A stretch of 64,000 bases of DNA, from the IMG/VR virus record IMGVR_UViG_3300032334_001937, positions 48,020 to 112,019 of that record, one strand, 5' to 3'. The stretch comes from a virus. Below are positions 59,281 through 64,000 of this stretch, in pieces (the first letter of the stretch is position 1; every line of letters begins with the position of its first letter). The position numbers were made by a program, and so were the translations under genes. A model generated the notes under the pieces. The model did not search any database. It had not been told where the DNA came from and saw only the letters and a program-made list of their open reading frames with translations.

Positions 59281-59514
59281 ATGACTAGAGCGCAACGACT
59301 TAGAGCAAGCAAGGAAGAAAAGATTGCCCTCACCATTGGCAAATTACTTTCTGATTTTACTCTTGACCTTGAAGCGATTGGAAAATATTTAGCAACAGCA
59401 AATCCGCACATCATTTATTCAAGAACATTAGAAGTGCTGGAGTCAGCGGAATATAACAAGAGCGTTGCAGAGTATCGTGAAGTGGGCAAGTACTACGCAG
59501 ACACATTGTTTTAA
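59281..59514 (+). CDS. Hypothetical protein
   Basis: Start after a TGATAGAAT promoter. Confidence 0.65.
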   Translation: MTRAQRLRASKEEKIALTIGKLLSDFTLDLEAIGKYLATANPHIIYSRTLEVLESAEYNKSVAEYREVGKYYADTLF

Positions 59515-59579
59515 AAGGTTTGAGTGTATCATTTGGTGACTGCAGTTGTCAAGTGATCACTCAGCCCTGCGGGGCCCCG

Positions 59580-60150
59580 AGTAAATCATATCAAAACGGA
59601 CATTACGTACAAACCACCCAAACCACATTTTCTCTAAAAGACATTACGAAGAGCTTTTAAAAATCGCTGGAACTTTTTTGACAAACCTTCTATCATACAA
59701 ACCTTATATTGTCAAACCTCATATCGGACAAACCTTCAAACCAGAAGATAAGGTTTTTCTATTATATATACTACTGGGGATTACGAAGACTCTTTAAATT
59801 CCCTGGACTTTTGCAGCTTGTCAGTGGTGCCTGGTACAATACCGCCCCGTTGGGGCGCCCCGCTTTTGGCGGGGGATTACGAAGATCAATACAAATCCCC
59901 CTAGTATAATACATAACAAACCTCCAAACCTTTTTCCTGGATTTTGCTCAAATATCCAAACCTTTTTATATTTTTTCTGGATATTTTGTACATTTTCTGG
60001 ACATTTTTGTACATTTTGTACAGGGTTTTTGTCCATAAAAGGTTTGACAAATTGGAAGGTTTGGGGTATAATCCGCATGCAGGATATAAGGTTTGACAAA
60101 AGCAAAGGTTTGTGATAGGAGGTTTGGCCACGTTAGACATTACGGCCCCA
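59580..60150. repeat. Non-coding array of CAAACC / GGTTTG and ATTACGAAG repeats
   Basis: About ten CAAACC (59610-59962), then five GGTTTG (60041-60126), around ACATTTT repeats. Confidence 0.7.
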
Positions 60151-60291
60151 TCTGTCTAAATGCTCAATAACATGGTAGACAAACCAGATAATAAATGTCT
60201 GATACATCTAAAAAATATCAGTAACATTTAATTTGCTATCAAACCACTCAAATCGGACATTTTGTTAACCTTCATGTGCTACTATAGATGT

Positions 60292-60483
60292 ATGTTAACA
60301 ATGATTCTAATGCTATTAACCTGGTATCTAACCAAGTTATTTTATACACAAGATCCATATATTCATATTGCAGAAGTAGAAGATAATGGTTTTATGACTG
60401 CTAGATGCTCTAAGTGTTCACAGTTTATAGTAACAACACAAGATAACATGCGTAGCCCTTTCTACTGTATGGTTTGTAAATGA
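60292..60483 (+). CDS. Small membrane-anchored zinc-finger protein
   Basis: Hydrophobic N-terminus; CSKC...CMVC. Confidence 0.5.
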   Translation: MLTMILMLLTWYLTKLFYTQDPYIHIAEVEDNGFMTARCSKCSQFIVTTQDNMRSPFYCMVCK

Positions 60484-60750
60484 TAGCAATGCTCTATATC
60501 CATTTTGTACATTTGCTGTTGGCAGCATCAGTAGTTGGTATTTTTGCAGGGATCAAAGAGTATTTTTGGCCAGGGGACAAATAAGGTATACTTGGGCTAT
60601 GGGCATACTAGATAACCTGGAAGCATCTCTTGATCTGCTATGGGAAGACTCTGACTTAGAGCTTCAAACCCAAAACCCACATATTACTGACTAGGGTTAT
60701 ATCTTATACTAGGGATTACGAAGCATCATTTAAATCCCCCGAAATTTTTG

Positions 60751-60821
60751 CTTCAGGTATAGGAATCGGACCTATGTTATCCATTTCGGAAATGGGTGTC
60801 CGACCATTAGACGAACCTGAA
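60751..60821 (-). tRNA. tRNA-Arg (CCG), slightly atypical
   Basis: Reverse complement: TTCAGGT/ACCTGAA acceptor, CCCAT-TTCCGAA-ATGGA anticodon arm, ATAGG-TCCGATT-CCTAT T arm. Confidence 0.75.
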
Positions 60822-60876
60822 CTGTATTTTCAGTATAGCATAGTTGAATAAACTTAAACCATGATATAATCAACAT

Positions 60877-61239
60877 ATGGCATTCCCAAAAACTCATAAC
60901 TTTGACTACTATCGTGGTGACACATTTGAATTTAAAATCTATCCAAGACTGCAGTCAGGTGAAGGTTTTGAGCTTAGCCCATATGACTCAATAGCTTTTA
61001 AGATTGCTGACAAAAGAGGTCCTGGTGCTACTCAGACTAGCGCAACTGCAGTTAGCCTAACAGATGCTGAAGGTGATTATGTTCTATGTACGATCATACC
61101 TTCAGTAGGAAGAAACCTTACATCTGGTCAGTATGTCTATGATGTTCAGATTACAGATACAACTCCAGACCCAGATGTTATTTATACAATTCTAACAGGA
61201 ATCATAACAGTAACGGATGATATTGCTGGAGCAGTCTAA
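60877..61239 (+). CDS. BppU-N/Ig-like virion adaptor protein
   Basis: YYRGDTF...YVYDVQI...LTGIITVTDDI; leaderless promoter. Confidence 0.6.
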   Translation: MAFPKTHNFDYYRGDTFEFKIYPRLQSGEGFELSPYDSIAFKIADKRGPGATQTSATAVSLTDAEGDYVLCTIIPSVGRNLTSGQYVYDVQITDTTPDPDVIYTILTGIITVTDDIAGAV

Positions 61240-61475
61240 TGCTCAAAATAGCAGTAACACAAGCAAATAATATATTAGATTCTTGTCTTGGTCCAGAAGT
61301 AATTAAAATAACAATACGACCTACATCTATATTCTCACATAATGACACAATCACATATGTAGAGCCATTTGTCTATGTCAATGGTGGAATATATGACAGT
61401 GAAGGCACTCTTGTAGATGCTGGATATTACGATACCGCTCTTTGGGCGATTACATATAACGGAGGATACGCATAA
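61239..61475 (+). CDS. Hypothetical protein sharing its C-terminal motif with 39534..39992
   Basis: VNGGIYDSEGTLVDAGYYDT..W....NGG versus VQGGTYNEAGALVEAGVYNT..W....DGG. Confidence 0.65.
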   Translation: MLKIAVTQANNILDSCLGPEVIKITIRPTSIFSHNDTITYVEPFVYVNGGIYDSEGTLVDAGYYDTALWAITYNGGYA

Positions 61476-62095
61476 TGCAAGAATTTGAGAAAGTCTACCT
61501 TGAAGAAAATATTTATTATATAGAAAACTTCATGTCTGATAAAGAGATAGAAGGCGTTATGTCAATGGACTTAGAGTGGAACCTTATACGCAATGACTTC
61601 CATCAAAATATCTTAAATAGCATAGTTACCAATCAAGATCAAAGACAATACTTCAAGAATGAAGTTGAAGATAAGATTAGATTAGTAGTTGACAATGAAA
61701 ATCAAAAGCTAAGATCAACTAGCTTACTTACAAAATATGTGCCAGATCAAGATAAGTGTTTGGGTGAAGATTGTGGCTGTCAAGGACATGACCTATCTTG
61801 GCATTACGAAAACCATCCTGGTTGTGACTATGAATCAAAATGGATCAGATGGGGAATTGTCCTATACTTCAACGATGATTACGAAGGCGGAGAGTTGGTC
61901 TTCCAACATAAGCCTGTTGAGATCAAGCCTAAAAAAGGCACTCTCATGGTCTTTCCAGCAACCGAAGAATATAGCCATGCAGTCAAGAAAGTATCTGGAA
62001 ACGATAGATATGTATTTTCAGCATTTGTTTACGCTAAAGACTATTGGGAACTATTAAATCGCTCAGGCTTAATTGATCCCTTATTTGTATTTTAA
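61475..62095 (+). CDS. 2OG-Fe(II) oxygenase (HxE variant)
   Basis: WHYE...YFNDDYEGGE...HAV...RY. Confidence 0.85.
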   Translation: MQEFEKVYLEENIYYIENFMSDKEIEGVMSMDLEWNLIRNDFHQNILNSIVTNQDQRQYFKNEVEDKIRLVVDNENQKLRSTSLLTKYVPDQDKCLGEDCGCQGHDLSWHYENHPGCDYESKWIRWGIVLYFNDDYEGGELVFQHKPVEIKPKKGTLMVFPATEEYSHAVKKVSGNDRYVFSAFVYAKDYWELLNRSGLIDPLFVF

Positions 62096-62115
62096 GATAG
62101 GTGTATAATCGTACT

Positions 62116-62262
62116 ATGACTAGAAATTATTTCTCCAAAAAGGGTGGACCTTACTTTGTTGGCGAAGTCTTTAGTCAGCATAAAGACTCACATAAGGACC
62201 ATACACACGCAAAACCTTCTATTCTTGATAAGATTAAGAAGCTTTTAAAGCTTTCCAAGTAG
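62116..62262 (+). CDS. Small basic His-containing protein
   Basis: Leaderless TATAAT-N6-ATG; 48 aa. Confidence 0.5.
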   Translation: MTRNYFSKKGGPYFVGEVFSQHKDSHKDHTHAKPSILDKIKKLLKLSK

Positions 62263-62281
62263 CATATGCTATAATCATTAT

Positions 62282-62416
62282 ATGTCCCAAAACAAAGAAA
62301 AGTGTTATTTTTGCGACCACTTAGCAGAGTACGATCAAGTCGTTACCCTAGGTGAGTCTACTTATACTGTTTCTGGTGTCTGCAAGTCTCATCTACTCAT
62401 GGGGCTATCTGCATGA
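62282..62416 (+). CDS. Small Cys/His zinc-binding protein
   Basis: Leaderless TGCTATAAT-N6-ATG; CYFC...CKSH. Confidence 0.5.
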   Translation: MSQNKEKCYFCDHLAEYDQVVTLGESTYTVSGVCKSHLLMGLSA

Positions 62417-62551
62417 CAGGTATTAATTGCTCTATCTGTGGTCAGCCTAATGCTTCTCAGGCTACCCTTAAGGCTATGTATTGTAGTACTTGTTATACCA
62501 AGTATGTTCCTAAGTCTTGACTTCCCCCGTTTTTTCTGAGACAATGGTTTA

Positions 62552-63097
62552 ATGAAGGTTTGTAGCGGTTGTGGAATTGAATATGATTTAGACAACTTCT
62601 ACAAGACTGCCACAAAATGTAAGTCATGCCATAAGGCCTATTCTGTTGCTTGGAGAAAAGCTAATCCAGACAAAATAAAAATTCATGAGAAACGCAAGAA
62701 TAAAAAAGCTTGGGCTGTTCAAAGACAGGATAAAGAATATCTTTTAAAGAAAACCTTATATAGGCAATCTAGAAAAGATATTTATAATGCTAGAGCTAAA
62801 CAATGGAACAAAGACAATAGAGATAAAACTCGTTTATATGTATTAAAATCTAAGTTAAAAAGAAAGGGTGTAAAAACTTTTTTTATCCTTAATAGGGAGA
62901 TTGATGCTATTTATAGCTCTATCTGTGCTTTTTGCAAATCCTCAGAAAATATTACTATTGATCATATTATTCCTTTATCCCGTGGGGGAAACCACTCAAT
63001 TGGTAATTTACAGCCATTATGCGGGTCTTGTAATTCTAGTAAAAAAAATAGGTTTATATCAGAATACAAATACTACCGATCAAAGATGGTAAAGTAA
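62552..63097 (+). CDS. HNH endonuclease
   Basis: CAFC...TIDHIIPLSRGGNHSIGNLQPLCGSCNSSK; N-terminal zinc finger. Confidence 0.92.
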   Translation: MKVCSGCGIEYDLDNFYKTATKCKSCHKAYSVAWRKANPDKIKIHEKRKNKKAWAVQRQDKEYLLKKTLYRQSRKDIYNARAKQWNKDNRDKTRLYVLKSKLKRKGVKTFFILNREIDAIYSSICAFCKSSENITIDHIIPLSRGGNHSIGNLQPLCGSCNSSKKNRFISEYKYYRSKMVK

Positions 63098-63165
63098 CCG
63101 ATAGTGCCCTGCAAGGGCATACATAGGTATATAACCTCTATATCGGCGCCGAACTTAAAAACGTA

Positions 63166-63402
63166 TTAAGCGATTTCGCCCGAACCTAAAATTGATCCAG
63201 CGCCGTCTATACCTTTAGGCATAGTGTATATTTCCCAGTTGTCTGTATATCCTGGAGCATATCCTGGGTTACCACCATTAGTAATTCTGATATAGTATGC
63301 CCCATTTATTCCGTATGGGTTACCATCTGTGAGAACGGTTGCTCCAAGTGGATAAGATACTCCGTTATTATAAAGGCCTTGATAATTTGGTGGAAATGCC
63401 AT
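63166..63402 (-). CDS. Small protein, possibly carbohydrate-binding-module-like
   Basis: YPLGATV...YYIRI...PGYAPG...WE; leaderless promoter. Confidence 0.5.
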   Translation of the reverse strand: MAFPPNYQGLYNNGVSYPLGATVLTDGNPYGINGAYYIRITNGGNPGYAPGYTDNWEIYTMPKGIDGAGSILGSGEIA

Positions 63403-63421
63403 AAAACTATTGTATCATATT

Positions 63422-64000
63422 TTAAATGAAATTAATATTGATTACTATTCTTTCTTCTGTATATTGAGGGGAAGATGATGAGTGATAAGTCAAACCATCA
63501 AACATTATTGCTGATCCAGCCTTTGGAGAGATTGACCTGTTAACCGTAAGTACTGGGTCTTGATCAGATGAGTGCTTTTGATGAAAGATTATTGTATCCC
63601 CATCTGAGTCATTTACATAGTATAGTAAAACCATATGTGGTGTGGTCATATCTACATGGGGTGGGTGTATATGATCTTGTTTATCTGTTTTATTTAAGAT
63701 GTTTGCTTTAATTCTTAAAGTTTCTTTGATCTCTATCCCGTGTTTTTTAGCAAAGGTGTTTAGTATGTTGCTGCCAATTTCATGGATATCTGACATCTTT
63801 TTGTTATTAAAAGATGCTGCATGAGAGTGTTGCTTATCCTCTGATACTGTTATATTATTATTTTTTAACTTTAGATATTGGCGTATACCGCTTGTGTTTT
63901 CAAGGGTATGCCAAATAATATTTTTATTATTTTTTGTTACTGCTTGGCTTACTTCAAGAATCTGATCTAAACTTAAAAAGTTATCATCATAGATAAACAA
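63422..64000 (-). CDS. 2OG-Fe(II) oxygenase (start at or near the window edge)
   Basis: PHVD...LYYVNDSDGDT...FDGLTYHSS...RIVININ. Confidence 0.85.
   Translation of the reverse strand: MFIYDDNFLSLDQILEVSQAVTKNNKNIIWHTLENTSGIRQYLKLKNNNITVSEDKQHSHAASFNNKKMSDIHEIGSNILNTFAKKHGIEIKETLRIKANILNKTDKQDHIHPPHVDMTTPHMVLLYYVNDSDGDTIIFHQKHSSDQDPVLTVNRSISPKAGSAIMFDGLTYHSSSSPQYTEERIVININFI

Noticed and set aside
59709-60140. ORFs within the repeat array
   Set aside because: Low-complexity translations of non-coding repeats, without start signals.
1-64000. Stop-codon reassignment or prophage context
   Set aside because: Genes are intact and densely packed under the standard code; no integrase, att site or host genes seen.

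Overview
This window is about 64 kb of a large, AT-rich, tailed dsDNA phage of siphovirus type. No integrase or terminase lies inside it. The host is probably an actinobacterium, inferred from pervasive leaderless extended -10 promoters and CRP/GlxR-type boxes. Layout: (1) 1-25 kb, minus strand: tail and head module (tail-tip proteins, a 2596-aa tape measure protein, two tail chaperone paralogues, tail tube, connectors, major capsid, prohead protease, portal). (2) 25-27 kb: class II ribonucleotide reductase. (3) 27.3-36.7 kb: eight prolyl-hydroxylase-like 2OG-Fe(II) oxygenases, two DUF6065-like proteins and a GT60/Gnt1-like glycosyltransferase, next to a fibronectin-III protein that ends in an almost pure Pro/Phe/Tyr repeat. 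(4) 36.7-45.6 kb: fibre and accessory virion genes, a lysozyme-like hydrolase, a collagen-like protein and a holin-like protein. (5) 48-60 kb: a divergent region of small genes organised as repeated cassettes. (6) 60-64 kb: tRNA-Arg, more oxygenases and an HNH nuclease. Main leads: a putative phage-encoded hydroxyproline O-glycosylation pathway with its own substrate; a tape measure protein carrying ADP-ribosyltransferase-like and OmpA-like cargo domains between repeated F-A-x-G-G motifs; a family of covarying H-type RNA pseudoknots, plus one ToxI-like knot, after early genes; and a recurrent promoter architecture (CCCGAG, DnaA and CRP boxes, TGTCA-N11-TAnnnT). All family assignments come from motif recognition by eye; no searches were run.
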